A program made the translations under genes and the position numbers. A DNA stretch of 64,000 nt from Nannocystis pusilla (GTDB lineage: Bacteria > Myxococcota_A > Polyangia > Nannocystales > Nannocystaceae). The first letter of the stretch is position 1. Every line of letters begins with the position of its first letter. The stretch lies in assembly GCF_051105105.1 (NCBI RefSeq), contig NZ_CP185339.1; one strand, given 5' to 3'. Below are positions 41,682 to 56,819 of the stretch, piece after piece. Below the pieces are notes generated by a model. It saw only the letters and a program-made list of their open reading frames with translations. It had not been told where the DNA came from and ran no database searches.

Positions 41682-43517
41682 TCAGGCCAGCTCGCAGGCC
41701 ATGTGCGGGCGCTCGTCGGGCAGCGCGAACAGCGGCCGCTCGCGCGGGTGCTGCGACGGCGACAGCTCGTGCACGGCGCCGTCCTCGACGAACAGCACCC
41801 GGTCGAACAGCGACAGCAAGCTCCAGCGGTGGCACGCGGCCAGCACCGTCGCCTCGGGCGACGACTGGAAGATCGCGGCCAGCACCTCGCGCTCGGTCGG
41901 CGGATCGAGGGCCGCGGTCGGCTCGTCGAGCAGCAGCAAGTCCCGCGAATGCGCCCGCAGCAGCCCGCGGGCCAGCGCGATCCGCTGGCGCTCGCCGCCG
42001 GACAGGTTGAGGCCGCTCTGGGCCAGGTGCGTGTCCCAGCCCGCCGACAGCTTGGCGATCACCGGCCCCAGACGCGCCAGGCGGATCACCTGCGCCAGCA
42101 CCTCCTCCGGCACGGCTTCGCCGAGCGTCACGTTGTAGCGCAGCGTCTCCGAGAAGATCTGCGGCTCCTGCGGGATCAGCAGCGTGCGCTGGGCCAGCGC
42201 CTCGAACGAGCTGCGGCGGCCGTCGAACGCCACCTCGCCGGCCTCCGGGCGCAGCATCCCCGCCAGCAGCTTGAGCAGCGTCGACTTGCCGCCGCCGCTC
42301 GTGCCGACCACCGCGATCTTCTCGCCGCGGCGGATCGTCAGCGACCCGCAGCGGAGGGCCCGCTCGTCGCCCGCGTAGCTGAACGCCAGCGCGTCGAGCT
42401 GGAGCTCGCGCCAGCGCGGCGCGGCCGTCGACGCCGGGATCGCCGTCGGCGACCCGCGCAGCAGCTCGCTGGCGTCTTCGTAGGCCGTGCAGGCCTCGAC
42501 GATGTTGCCGTAGTAGGCCGAGAAGGAGCTGATCGCCCCGAAGATCTTGTCGAGGTAGGCGATGAGCACGTAGACCTGCGCCACGTCGAGCGCGGTGCCC
42601 TTCAGCCCGGCGCCGTGGAAGTACCATAGCAGCGACGTTGCCATCACCAGCGCGTAGCCGCAGCTCACCGCCCCCCACTTGAGCTCGCTGAAGCGCGACA
42701 CCCGGCGCACCAGCTCGCCGCCCTCGGCCCGCTGGCGCCCGAGGTCGGCGCAGGCCAGCGCCTCGAGGTTCAGCGTCTTCACCGTGACGACGTTCGTCAG
42801 GTAATCGACGCACACCCGGCCGACCTTGTTGTCGAATTGATTGACCAGGCGGATGTTGTCGACCATGCGGCGGTTGAAGTACAGCATCGCCGCGATCGTG
42901 ACCCCGCCCATGACCACCACGTTGGCGGCCACGCGCACGTCGAGGGCCCACAGCGCCACGCTGGCGAGCACCACCTTGACGCTGCCCTCCAGCACCTGCC
43001 ACGAATACTGGCCGACCACGTTGCCGACCGCGAGCGCCGAGCGGTTGAGCTTGGCCAGGTTCTCGCCGGTGTGGCGCTCGACGTGCCAGTGCAGCCCGTA
43101 GCCGAGCAGCGCCTGGAACACCCCCGTCATCGTCGTCATACGCGCCTGGTAGGCCACCCCGCTCTGCAGGTAGCGCCCCAGGTGGTGCAGCAGGATGCTG
43201 GCGAAGCGCAGCCCGAGGTAGGCGCCGATGCCGAGCAGCGCCCCCTCGTAGGCGACCTGCGAGAAGCCGTGCTCGACGAACACCCCGACCGTGTAGCCGA
43301 TGGCCCAGGGGACCAGCAGCTCGGCCGTGTTGGCGGCGATGAACAGGGCGACGAACGCCCAGAACCGCGACCGGCTGGGAGCCAGGGCCACCCAGGCGGC
43401 CCGCAGCAGCGGCGCCAGCCCGCGCACGGGCGGCAGCGGCCGCGCCGGCCCGGCCTGTTCGCGGGCGCCGACGCCCGCCCAGGACAACGGCGAGAGGAAA
43501 CGAGCGAGTGCGTGCAT
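41682..43517 (-). CDS. ABC transporter fused permease/ATP-binding protein (type I exporter, MsbA/peptide-exporter-like)
   Basis: Six TM segments N-terminally. Walker A GTSGGGKST. Signature LSGGERQRIALARGL. Walker B LLLLDEPTAALD. Confidence 0.85.
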   Translation of the reverse strand: MHALARFLSPLSWAGVGAREQAGPARPLPPVRGLAPLLRAAWVALAPSRSRFWAFVALFIAANTAELLVPWAIGYTVGVFVEHGFSQVAYEGALLGIGAYLGLRFASILLHHLGRYLQSGVAYQARMTTMTGVFQALLGYGLHWHVERHTGENLAKLNRSALAVGNVVGQYSWQVLEGSVKVVLASVALWALDVRVAANVVVMGGVTIAAMLYFNRRMVDNIRLVNQFDNKVGRVCVDYLTNVVTVKTLNLEALACADLGRQRAEGGELVRRVSRFSELKWGAVSCGYALVMATSLLWYFHGAGLKGTALDVAQVYVLIAYLDKIFGAISSFSAYYGNIVEACTAYEDASELLRGSPTAIPASTAAPRWRELQLDALAFSYAGDERALRCGSLTIRRGEKIAVVGTSGGGKSTLLKLLAGMLRPEAGEVAFDGRRSSFEALAQRTLLIPQEPQIFSETLRYNVTLGEAVPEEVLAQVIRLARLGPVIAKLSAGWDTHLAQSGLNLSGGERQRIALARGLLRAHSRDLLLLDEPTAALDPPTEREVLAAIFQSSPEATVLAACHRWSLLSLFDRVLFVEDGAVHELSPSQHPRERPLFALPDERPHMACELA

Positions 43518-44254
43518 GATCACCAATCGGCGCCGGAGGACCGGGTCGAAGGGGCGCTCAGCCCCGCAGCTCCACGAGGTTCGCAACGAACGATCGTGCG
43601 CGGATAAAAGAGGTTCTCGGGCAGGGACGGCGCGTCGGCGTGATCATGAGGAATGAACGTCGGTGCGAAGGCATCGAAATGCGTAGAGTCCAGGGAAGGC
43701 GAGGACGTCCTCCGACGATCGCTCGCAGCAGCAGAGGCGGCTCACTATAACAGACGGCCGTCCGCCGCCGCCACCCATGAATCGCAGCGGCGGCGGCTCC
43801 GCCGGCGGAGCGAGCGCCGCGCCGCCCCGCGCCTATGATCATAGCGCTCTCGCCGATCGCCCTGCGTCCGCGAATGAGAGACCCTCTCACGGATCGCGAC
43901 AATCGGTCGCAGCCTCGCCGCACCGAGCATGCACCAGCGCCAATCGCCGCGATCTCACGCCGTGCTGGCGCGCGGGCCCCAGACGGCCCTCTCTGCCGGC
44001 ATTTGCCCCCGCTTCGCTGTTGCGGCCCGCCGGCGCGTGTTCTCCTCGGCAGAGTCCGCTGACTCACCGGTCCCGGCGCCGGGGAAGCCCCCGAATCGCG
44101 CCTCGCCCGGCCCTGCGAACCCTACCGGCGTTCCCCCCAGCGCGGGGGTATTTGCCAGGTTGACCCCTGTCCCCGCCGCGATTTAGCCCGGTACGATGCC
44201 CCCCGCGACGAGCAAACCCGGCAGCGCTCCCGCGACGAGACCATCGTCTGCAAT

Positions 44255-44788
44255 TTGACGTATCAAGCCCGGCGCTTCCTGGTGCTCCGCGGCGACCTCG
44301 CGTCGACGGGCGACGATCGAGCGCTGCAGCCGCGCTCGGAGATCGAGGCGAGGTTCGAATCACTGTGGCAGACGGCGCTCGAGCCGGCGCTGCGAGACGG
44401 TCACGAGCTTACGTTCGCCGAGGTCGAGGCGCGGCTGGGACCGCATCCGCTGCTCAAGTCGAAGCGCCGCTACCGCGAATGCGACTGGCTCGGCGCGGTG
44501 TTCATCGCGCGGCTCAGCCCGGACGGAGCCTCCTGCGAGCACCTGTGGCCGGTCTCGCCGCGGCCCGATCCGCGCCGGCTCGAGATCCACTTCCCCGACG
44601 CCGCCGCCCTGGCCCGCTTCCGCGCCGCCGCCCACCGCGCCCGACGCGAGCCCGACGAGCTGGCCGCCTGTCTCCTCGACGGCTTCGCTGCCGACGCCCC
44701 CGCCGGTCAAGTCGCCGACGACGCCGCCCAGGACCCTTCCTCGGGCCCGGAAGCCGCCGACCACGCCCCGCGCCGCCTCCCCTCGTGA
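44255..44788 (+). CDS. hypothetical protein
   Basis: 177-aa ORF with strong GC3 bias. No recognisable domain. Confidence 0.4.
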   Translation: MTYQARRFLVLRGDLASTGDDRALQPRSEIEARFESLWQTALEPALRDGHELTFAEVEARLGPHPLLKSKRRYRECDWLGAVFIARLSPDGASCEHLWPVSPRPDPRRLEIHFPDAAALARFRAAAHRARREPDELAACLLDGFAADAPAGQVADDAAQDPSSGPEAADHAPRRLPS

Positions 44789-45219
44789 CCGCCCGGAACG
44801 CTCGCCCCGACCGCTCGCGGCGCCACGACGATTCGGAGCCACGCGCGCCGACCTCGCCCTCGCGGTGATTCGCGGCGACGACCTCACGATCGGCCTCGGA
44901 GCGCGTCGCCGCGGATGACTCGCGCTACGAGCCGAGCGTGACGACACGGGTGACTCGGCGGCCGAGCCGACGCGCCTGCGATTGCTCGCGGCGACTCGCC
45001 AAAGCCATTCAACGCACCGGGAGCGCACCGGACTCCTCGGTCCGCGTCCCCAGCGTGCTGATGCGACGAACCCGGCCGCCGCTCCCAAAATCACCGCTCG
45101 GCCAGGCGACGATGCTTTGCGCCCGCCTGACTCCCCGCTCGCGGCAATGCCATGATTCCCCCGCGCTTCGACGCTGCGGATGACGCCGCGAATATCGCCT
45201 CGCGGCCGCCCGCGCGACC

Positions 45220-45810
45220 AGCCCGTGCCGCCATGCCGACGAGACCCCACTCCTTCGCGGCCGTCCGCCCCGCCCGACCGGCCCGTGCCGCAGGCCGCCC
45301 TGATGCCGACGACACCGCGATCCCTCAATTCGCGGCCGCCCGCCCGCCCGACCGGCCCATGCCGCAATGCGAACAGGCGGCCTGATTCCGACGAAGCCCC
45401 AATTCCCTCCATTTGCGGCCGTCCCCCCGCCCGACCCGTGCCGCAATGCGAACAGGCGGCCTTGATGCCGAGCGAACAGGCAGCCCTGACGCCGACGGCG
45501 CGCCGATTCCTCAATCTGCGGCCGGCCACCCGCCCGACGGAGCCGCAATGCGAACAGGCGGCCCTGATGCCGAGCGAACAGGTAGCCCTGATGCCGACGA
45601 CGCGCCGATTCCTCAATCTGCGGCCGGCCACCCGCCCGACCGGAGCCGCCATGCGAACACGCCGCCCTGATACCGACGACGCCGCAATTCGTCAATTCGC
45701 TGCTCCACGGATTGGCGCCCGTCCGCCCCGCCCGCACAACCCTGGCCGCAATGCGAACAACCGCCTTGACGAGACGGCGCCGCGATTCGCGGCCGGCCGC
45801 CCGCGCGGCC
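45220..45810. repeat. tandem repeat array 1 (~100-110 bp units, 24-bp sub-repeats gcgaacagg(c/t)rgccctgatgccga), core CGCAATGCGA
   Basis: About 5 imperfect units, each containing cgccgattcctcaatctgcggccggccacccgcccgac and gccgcaatgcgaacaggcggccctgatgccgagcgaacagg. Confidence 0.8.
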
Positions 45811-45884
45811 GGCCGTACCGCAGGCGGTCCCGGCACCGCACGAGGAGAAGCCGGAGCTCGCGCGATGGAGGTCCGCCGAGACTG

Positions 45885-46289
45885 TCAGCGCTGGCGGTGC
45901 CCGCCGCCCTGTCCGCCGCCCTGCCCGCCGCCGCGCTGTTGCGACTGCGACGAGCGGCGCTCACGCTCCTCGTCCGTCCCGCGGCCTCCCTCCTCGCCGC
46001 GGCCCTCGCCGGAGCGGCGGCCGCCGTGCGACGCGTGGCCGCCTTTGGCGCCGATCTCCGCCATGTGCTCGCGATCCTGGCTGACCGCCTCGCCGCCCTT
46101 GCGTCCGGCCTCGCGCGCCTCCTCGGACGTGAACTCGTGCGCGGTGCCCTTCTCGTGGGCGGCGTGGCCGCCCTTGCTGGCGATCTCGCGTTGTTTGTCC
46201 TCGTCCATTCCGGCGAAGCCGCGCCCACCGCCGCGCTGGCCCTTGTTCTCGCCCTTGTTCTCGTTGCGGTTGTCGTCCCTGGTAGGCAT
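45885..46289 (-). CDS. KGG-repeat general stress protein (YciG/con-10-like)
   Basis: IASKGGHAAHEKG, AGRKGGEAV, IGAKGGHASHGG: KGG repeats, Gly/Glu/Arg-rich tail. Confidence 0.7.
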   Translation of the reverse strand: MPTRDDNRNENKGENKGQRGGGRGFAGMDEDKQREIASKGGHAAHEKGTAHEFTSEEAREAGRKGGEAVSQDREHMAEIGAKGGHASHGGRRSGEGRGEEGGRGTDEERERRSSQSQQRGGGQGGGQGGGHRQR

Positions 46290-46582
46290 GACGTCCTCGT
46301 ATTCCCTGGCGCGGGCGCGCCGGCCTCCGGACATCGGAGACCCGCCGCGACCGCATTGCGGGGTGGAGTATGGCGCGCTACCGCCCCGGGACAAGCTCGA
46401 CTATGACGATTTGCCGACCGCGGCGAATCATAGTACTCCCCAGTTCGCCCCATTTGCCCAGGCCGAGGGCGGTGGACCGCAGGCGGGGGCTCCGGCGGGG
46501 GCTGGCGACCGAGGGAAAATCCGAGGGTTGCCGAGCGTGCGGACCCGACCATACCTGGGACATGAGAGCCGGTCTCGAAGGT

Positions 46583-47728
46583 ATGTTGAACGAAATGGAT
46601 CGGCCTCCGCCGGCGCAGACGAGCGCCGCGGGCCATCCGGTCCTGTGGGTCTCGCAGCTCGCCTGGGACGCCATACCCCGGCGCCTACGGCACCTCCTGG
46701 CCCGCGGCGCGCGGCAACGGCGCGTCGTCTTCGTCGAGGCCGTGGTGCCGACCGCCGGCCCGCCGCGGATGGACTTCGATCACCGCGAGGGCCTCGTGGT
46801 CGCCACTCCCTTCGTGCCGCGCGGCTTGACCGGCGACGAGGCGACCGCCCTGCTGCGCGGCCTGCTCGACGGCGTCGTCCGCGACCTCGGCCTCGGGGGC
46901 TTCGTCCTGTGCCACGATTCGCCGCGGGCCCTGGCCGCCTGCCGCCTCAAGCCGATCGCCACCATCTATTACGATTGTCCGGGCGGGCCGCGGTCGCCGC
47001 TCGAGGGCGACGAGGCCCTGCGGGAAGAGGCCCTGCGCCGCGCCGACGCCGTGTTCGTCGACGCCGGCCACGACCCGCTCGGTCCGGAGTTCGGCCCGGC
47101 CACCCACCTCCTGCCGAGCGGGGTCGACGTGGCCCACTTCGTCAGCGCCCGCGCCGGCAGCCCCGACCCGGCCGATCAGCGCGACATCCCCCACCCCCGC
47201 CTCGGCTTCTACGGCGCCATCGACCGCGACGTCGACGTCGACCTCCTCGTCGCCGTCGCCGACCTGCGGACCGACTTCCACATCGTCCTCATCGACCACG
47301 AGGGCGGCCCCGACCGGCCCCGCCTGCCCGCCCGGCCCAACATCCACGAGCTCGGGCCCAAGTCGTACGCCGAGCTGCCGGCCTACCTCGCCGGCTGGGA
47401 CGTCGCCCTCCTCCCCTTCGACCACGAGGCCGCCGTTCGCCGCGCCAAGCCCTCCCAGACCCTCGAGTATTTGGCCGCCGGCAAGCCGGTGGTGGCCACC
47501 CCGCTGCGCAACGTCATCAACCCGTACGCCATCCAGGGCATGGTCTCGATCGCCGAGGGCGCCGAGGACTTCGTGATCGCCGTCCAGTGCGAGCTCCACC
47601 GCGCCGACCGGCGCCGCTGGCTGCAGCGCGTCGACACCTGCCTGCGCGGCAGCTCGTGGGACGACACCTGGGGCGTCATGGAGGCCGTGCTGACGCGCCT
47701 CGTCGCCCCGCCCGTCGCTACCCCCTGA
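46583..47728 (+). CDS. glycosyltransferase family 1/4-like protein
   Basis: C-terminal domain with KPSQTLEYLAAGKPVVATP (E-x7-E-like) and FYGAIDRDVDVDLL. Start uncertain (alternative ATG at 46562). Confidence 0.5.
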   Translation: MLNEMDRPPPAQTSAAGHPVLWVSQLAWDAIPRRLRHLLARGARQRRVVFVEAVVPTAGPPRMDFDHREGLVVATPFVPRGLTGDEATALLRGLLDGVVRDLGLGGFVLCHDSPRALAACRLKPIATIYYDCPGGPRSPLEGDEALREEALRRADAVFVDAGHDPLGPEFGPATHLLPSGVDVAHFVSARAGSPDPADQRDIPHPRLGFYGAIDRDVDVDLLVAVADLRTDFHIVLIDHEGGPDRPRLPARPNIHELGPKSYAELPAYLAGWDVALLPFDHEAAVRRAKPSQTLEYLAAGKPVVATPLRNVINPYAIQGMVSIAEGAEDFVIAVQCELHRADRRRWLQRVDTCLRGSSWDDTWGVMEAVLTRLVAPPVATP

Positions 47729-47829
47729 GCGGCGTCGCCTGCGCGCTCTCGGCCGTCCGAGGCTCCAGTTCGCCGCACGGCGAGCCGAACCTCGCGCGGC
47801 CCCCTCGTCCGCCAGGCGCGGCGCGTATC

Positions 47830-48530
47830 GCCTGCTCGCATTGTCCGGCCGCCTGCTCGCATTGCCGGCGGCCGACTCGCATTGCGCGGTCGCTCGTGAG
47901 CGGTGAAATCCCGACCGCCTGCTCGCATTGCCGGGCTGCCGCATGGCCTGGCCGCTTGCTCACGTTGCGCAGGCCCTCGCCCGCGAGGCGCGGCCCGGCC
48001 GCTTGCTCACGTTGCGCAGGCCCTCGCCCGCGAGGCGCGGCCTGGCCGCCCGCATTGCGCAATCGCTCGTCCGTGATGCGAGCTTGGCCGCCCGCATTGC
48101 GCAATCGCTCATCAGCGATGCGAGCCTGGCCGCTCGCTCGCATTGCGCAGTCCCTCGCCCGCGGCCCCCGCTCGCATTGCGCAGTCCCTCGCCCGCGATG
48201 CGAGCCGGCCCCCTCGCATTGCGCAGTCGCTCGTCCGCGATGCGAGCCCGGCCGCCCCCTCGCATCGCGCAGTCCCTCGCCCGCGATGCGAGCCCGGCCG
48301 CCCCCTCGCATTGCGCAGACGCTCGCCCGCGATGCGAGCTCGGCCACCCCCTCGCATTGCGCAGTCGCTCGTCCGCGATGCGGCCTGGCCGCCCGCTCGC
48401 ATCGCGCAGTCCCTCGCCCGCGATGCGAGCCCGGCCGCCCCCTCGCATCGCGCAGTCCCTCGCCCGCGATGCGAGCTCGGCCGCCCCCTCGCATCGCCTG
48501 GCCGCCCGCTCGACGCCCGCCCAATCGCCG
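47830..48530. repeat. tandem repeat array 2 (~47-bp units x ~14) with internal imperfect hairpin CTCGCATTGCG...CGCGATGCGAG; inverted relative to array 1
   Basis: Unit ctcgcattgcgcagtccctcgcccgcgatgcgagcccggccgccccc. Both the hairpin-forming part and the spacer-like part are conserved. Confidence 0.85.
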
Positions 48531-48808
48531 AGCCCGCCCGTCGCCGGCCCGAAAGTCATTCAACGTAGCAGCCGCCGGGTCGGGGGCCAGCGCGGCGCGC
48601 TCGTCCGATCGGGGGTGGCTCGCGCCGCGGCGTCTCGGGCGTGCCGAGCCCGACGTTGCGTTCGTGCGCCACCTACGCCGAGGCATTCGCGGCCAGCGAG
48701 GCCATGCACGCGGCCCGTGGCTCGCGCGCCGCGGCTCCGATCGAGTCGCACGAATGGTGGCCCGCGCGGGCGATTCGATCAAAGACCTGCGCGACCGGAG
48801 AATTCATC

Positions 48809-49345
48809 ATGAACGAGAACAAGCGCAATCAAGAGCCCCTGAGCAACCTCGCCTACGATTGGGTCACCATCGTCCAGCACAAATCGGAGGCCCTCCGCGC
48901 CTACGAGCAGTACATTCAGGACGCGCAGCAGGCGAACTCGCCCGAGTGCGTCGAGCTCATGCAGCAGATCTACGAGCAGGACGCCCGGCACATCGAGCAG
49001 GCCACCCGCCACCTCATGGAGGTCCTGCGCAGCGGCCGGATGGGCCAGACTCAGGGCGAGAGCCAGACCGGCCAGGGCGAGGGCGGCCGCATGGGCCAGA
49101 CGAGCGGCCAGGGCGGTCGCGCAGGCACGAGCCAGGGCGAGAGGGGCGGCGCAGGCACCAGCCAGGCGGCCAGCCAGGGCCGCATGGGCGGCATGAACCA
49201 GGGCGAGGGCGGCCAGGGCCGCATGGGCCAGACGAGCGGCCAGGGCGGCATGGCCGGCGGCAGCGGCATGACGCAGGGCGAGAACCCCCGCGAGTCGATG
49301 CAGGGCGAGTCGACCGAGCGACGCGGCCAGCGGAACCCTCGCTAG
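48809..49345 (+). CDS. hypothetical protein with N-terminal helical domain and Gly/Gln/Met-rich repetitive tail (stress-protein-like)
   Basis: MNENKRNQEPLSNLAYDWVTIVQHKSEALRAYEQYIQDAQQ...; tail repeats GRMGQTSGQGG. Confidence 0.45.
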   Translation: MNENKRNQEPLSNLAYDWVTIVQHKSEALRAYEQYIQDAQQANSPECVELMQQIYEQDARHIEQATRHLMEVLRSGRMGQTQGESQTGQGEGGRMGQTSGQGGRAGTSQGERGGAGTSQAASQGRMGGMNQGEGGQGRMGQTSGQGGMAGGSGMTQGENPRESMQGESTERRGQRNPR

Positions 49346-49531
49346 GATTCGTGCCAGCGGACTGGACCGCTGCATGCAATCGTCCCGCGAGCGCATCACG
49401 CGCTCGCGGTCGACGGCAGACACGACATTGACTGACGAAAGTGTAAACCGGATCACAAATCCGGCGCCTCATTCGCATTGTTCACGATTTGGCTTGCCCA
49501 GGGCCCGCGAGGATGAACTATAAGCGTCACC

Positions 49532-50587
49532 TTGACGAGAGCAAACCCCACGGCCTCACGCGACATCGTCGTGATGGGGGCGTCCGCCGGCGGCCTCACC
49601 GCGTTGTTCGACATCGTGCGGGGGCTGCCGCGCGACTTCCCGGCCGCGGTGTTCGTGGCGATGCACATGTCACCGGACAACCCGGGCGTGCTGTCGGACC
49701 TGCTGGGGCGCGTCGCCGCCTTGCCGACCGCGCTGGCTGAAGATCGTCAGGCGATCGAGCGCGGCCGGATCTACATCGCCCGCCCCGATCACCACCTGCT
49801 GATCAAGCGGGCCCACGTGCGGGTCACTCGCGGCCCCAAGGAGAACGGGTTCCGCCCCGCGGTCGACCCGTTGTTCCGCAGCGCCGCGCTGGCCTACGGC
49901 GCGCGCGTCATCGGCGTCGTCCTCTCGGGCGGCCTCAACGACGGCACCGAGGGCCTGCTGCGGATCACCGAGGCGGGCGGCCTGGCGATCGCCCAGGACC
50001 CGGCCGAGGCCACCATCCCCAGCATGCCGCTCAGCGCCATCCAGAACGTCGAGGTCCACAGCGTGCTGAAGGCCGCCGCGATCCCCGAGGTGCTGAGCCA
50101 GCTGGTCGTGCAATCCGTGGACGACCCCAACGCGCTCGGCGCCCCCGAGGTCGAGGACACCGCCGAGACCGGGCGCGCCCTTCAGCAGAGCCAGCCGGTC
50201 GGCGCCCGCTCGCCGTACACCTGCCCCGAATGCGGCGGCGCGCTGTGGGAGCTGGCGGAGCACGACAAGCTGCTGAAGTTCCGCTGTCACGTCGGCCACG
50301 GCTTCACCGCCGAGGCGCTGCTGGCCGAGCAGGGCGCCAAGCTCGAGGGCGCGCTGTGGGGCGCCCTGCGGGCCCTCGAGGAGAACGCCGCCCTGTACCG
50401 CCAGCAAGCGGAGCGCACCGGCTCGGCCGGCTACCTCGCGCTGTCGCTACAGTACGGCAAGAGCGCCGCCGAGATCGAGGAGTACGCCAGCACCCTGCGG
50501 CCGCTGCTGCACCGGACCTCCGTGCAGTTGACCCCGCCCGCTCCGACTGCGCCGCCGCCCGAACCACCGGAAGGGATTGAGGACTGA
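49532..50587 (+). CDS. cheB: CheB-type methylesterase domain protein with C-terminal zinc-ribbon-like extension (no receiver domain)
   Basis: IVVMGASAGGLTALFDIV, IYIARPDHHLLI, VVLSGGLNDGTEGL. C-terminal YTCPECGGALWE...FRCHVGHGF. Confidence 0.75.
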   Translation: MTRANPTASRDIVVMGASAGGLTALFDIVRGLPRDFPAAVFVAMHMSPDNPGVLSDLLGRVAALPTALAEDRQAIERGRIYIARPDHHLLIKRAHVRVTRGPKENGFRPAVDPLFRSAALAYGARVIGVVLSGGLNDGTEGLLRITEAGGLAIAQDPAEATIPSMPLSAIQNVEVHSVLKAAAIPEVLSQLVVQSVDDPNALGAPEVEDTAETGRALQQSQPVGARSPYTCPECGGALWELAEHDKLLKFRCHVGHGFTAEALLAEQGAKLEGALWGALRALEENAALYRQQAERTGSAGYLALSLQYGKSAAEIEEYASTLRPLLHRTSVQLTPPAPTAPPPEPPEGIED

Positions 50588-50638
50588 CCGGCCCTCTCGT
50601 CGCCGGCTCGGCCGCTCGATTACGCTGTACCTGTCATC

Positions 50639-55258
<4,620 letters not shown>

Positions 55259-55415
55259 CCGTCACGACGGCATCCGCGTCGAGCTGCACATCCCGCTCGC
55301 CGACGGCGGACCGTCACGACGGCATCCGCGTCGCGCTGCACATCCCGCGCGCCGAGAGCGGACCGTCACGACGGCACGCGGCGAGCTGCACATCGCCCTC
55401 GCCGAGGGCGGCTCG

Positions 55416-56057
55416 TCAGTCGCGCTTGCGCAGCGGCGCCAGCCCGTGCTCGAGCGCGTAGCGGGTCATCGCCGCCCGCGAGCGCAGCCCGAGCTGCTGG
55501 GAGATCCGCGCCTTGTGGAACTCGACCGTCTTGAGCGCGATGCCGAGGTCGCCGGCGATCTCCTTGCCCGCCATGCCGGAGGCGACGCGGACCAGGATCT
55601 CGCGCTGACGCGTGGTGAGCAGGTTGCCCCCGCGCCGCCGCGGCGCCGTCTCGCTCGTCCCCTTGAGCAGCGCCTCGATCGGCGGGCTGACGTGGCTGCC
55701 GCCGGCGGCGACCGTGCGCACCCCGGCGACCAGCTCCTCGGGCGACGCGTCCTTGAGCACGTACCCGCGGGCCCCCGCGGCCAGGGCCGAGTGGGCCCAC
55801 TGCGGATCGGCGTGGCGAGTGACGACGACCGCGCGGGTCGCCGAGCTCGTCTGCAGCGCGCGCAGCAGATCGAGCCCGCCCAGCGTCGGCAGCTCGAGCT
55901 CGAGCGCCACCACGTCGGGCTGCAGCTCACGCGCGGCCGCCAGCGCCTTCGCGCCGTCGGTGAACGCCCCGACGACCTCGAACTCGACGCCGAGCAGGAC
56001 GCTCAGGCACTCGAGCACCATCGCCTGGTCGTCGACGAGGATCACCCGCGGTCGCAT
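55416..56057 (-). CDS. NarL/FixJ-family response regulator (REC + LuxR HTH)
   Basis: Start at internal Met (MRPRVILVDDQ). REC motifs (VVALELELPTLGG, RGYVLKD). C-terminal LTTRQREILVRVASGMAGKEIAGDLGIALKTVEFHKARI. Confidence 0.8.
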   Translation of the reverse strand: MRPRVILVDDQAMVLECLSVLLGVEFEVVGAFTDGAKALAAARELQPDVVALELELPTLGGLDLLRALQTSSATRAVVVTRHADPQWAHSALAAGARGYVLKDASPEELVAGVRTVAAGGSHVSPPIEALLKGTSETAPRRRGGNLLTTRQREILVRVASGMAGKEIAGDLGIALKTVEFHKARISQQLGLRSRAAMTRYALEHGLAPLRKRD

Positions 56058-56133
56058 GCAAGCTTCGGTGAACACCGTACCCGATCGACCATGAAGTTCA
56101 AGCACGTGTCCGCTCCTCTCGTGACATGGACCC

Positions 56134-56819
56134 TCAGCGACCCGGAAGCAACCCGTGTTCGACCGCGTAGCGGGTCAGCTCGGCGACGGTGCGGAGGCCC
56201 AGCACTCGCATGAGTCGCGCCTTGTGAAACTCGACCGTCTTGCGCGAGATGCCGAGGATGTCGCCGATCTCGCGGGCCGGCCGGCCCTCTGCGACCAGCT
56301 GCAGCACCTCGCGCTGGCGCGACGACAGCTCGCCCCCGGCCAGCCCCTCTTCGAGCGCGCCGGGTCGCGGCTCGTAGACCAGCCCCGGCGACACGTACGT
56401 GCCGCCGGCCAGCACCTTGCGGATCGCCACCAGCAGCTCCGACGAGGCGGCCGTCTTCACCACGTAGCCGTGCGCCCCGGCGCGGAACGCCTCCTGCACG
56501 TAATCAGGCTCGGCGTGGACCGTGACGAAGATGATCCGCCCCCGCGGACACGCGCGCTGCAGCTGGCGCACCGCGTCGAAGCCGTTGAGCAGCGGCATCG
56601 TCACGTCGACGAGCACCACGTCGGGTTGACATTGTTCGGCCGCGGCGACGAGCGCGCGGCCGTCGGCCACCGCCCCCACGATCTCGAGCTCGGCCGCCAA
56701 CAAGCGCACCAGGCCCTCACGGACCAGCGTGTGGTCGTCGGCCAAAAGCACCCGCGGGCGCGCCCGCGAGGGGGATGCGTCCGCGCCAACGTCCGCGTGA
56801 CTGGCTGCGTCCTCGTTCA
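56134..56819 (-). CDS. NarL/FixJ-family response regulator (REC + LuxR HTH)
   Basis: VLLADDHTLVREG...VVLVDVTMPLLNG...HGYVVK. LSSRQREVLQLVAEGRPAREIGDILGISRKTVEFHKARL. GTG start inferred; the upstream 1.5 kb of ORF 56134..58404 is repeat DNA, not coding. Confidence 0.7.

Noticed and set aside
47830-48530. Possible CRISPR array (regularly spaced ~47-bp repeats with hairpin potential)
   Set aside because: The inter-repeat segments are as conserved as the repeats (no unique spacers). No cas genes and no leader. It is a satellite/REP-like tandem array.
45220-48530. Composite transposon or mobile element delimited by the two inverted repeat arrays
   Set aside because: No transposase, integrase or recombinase gene lies within or beside the segment. 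There are no terminal inverted repeats with target-site duplications, and the same repeat core occurs as solitary copies elsewhere. Kept only as a hypothesis of a recombination-prone cassette.
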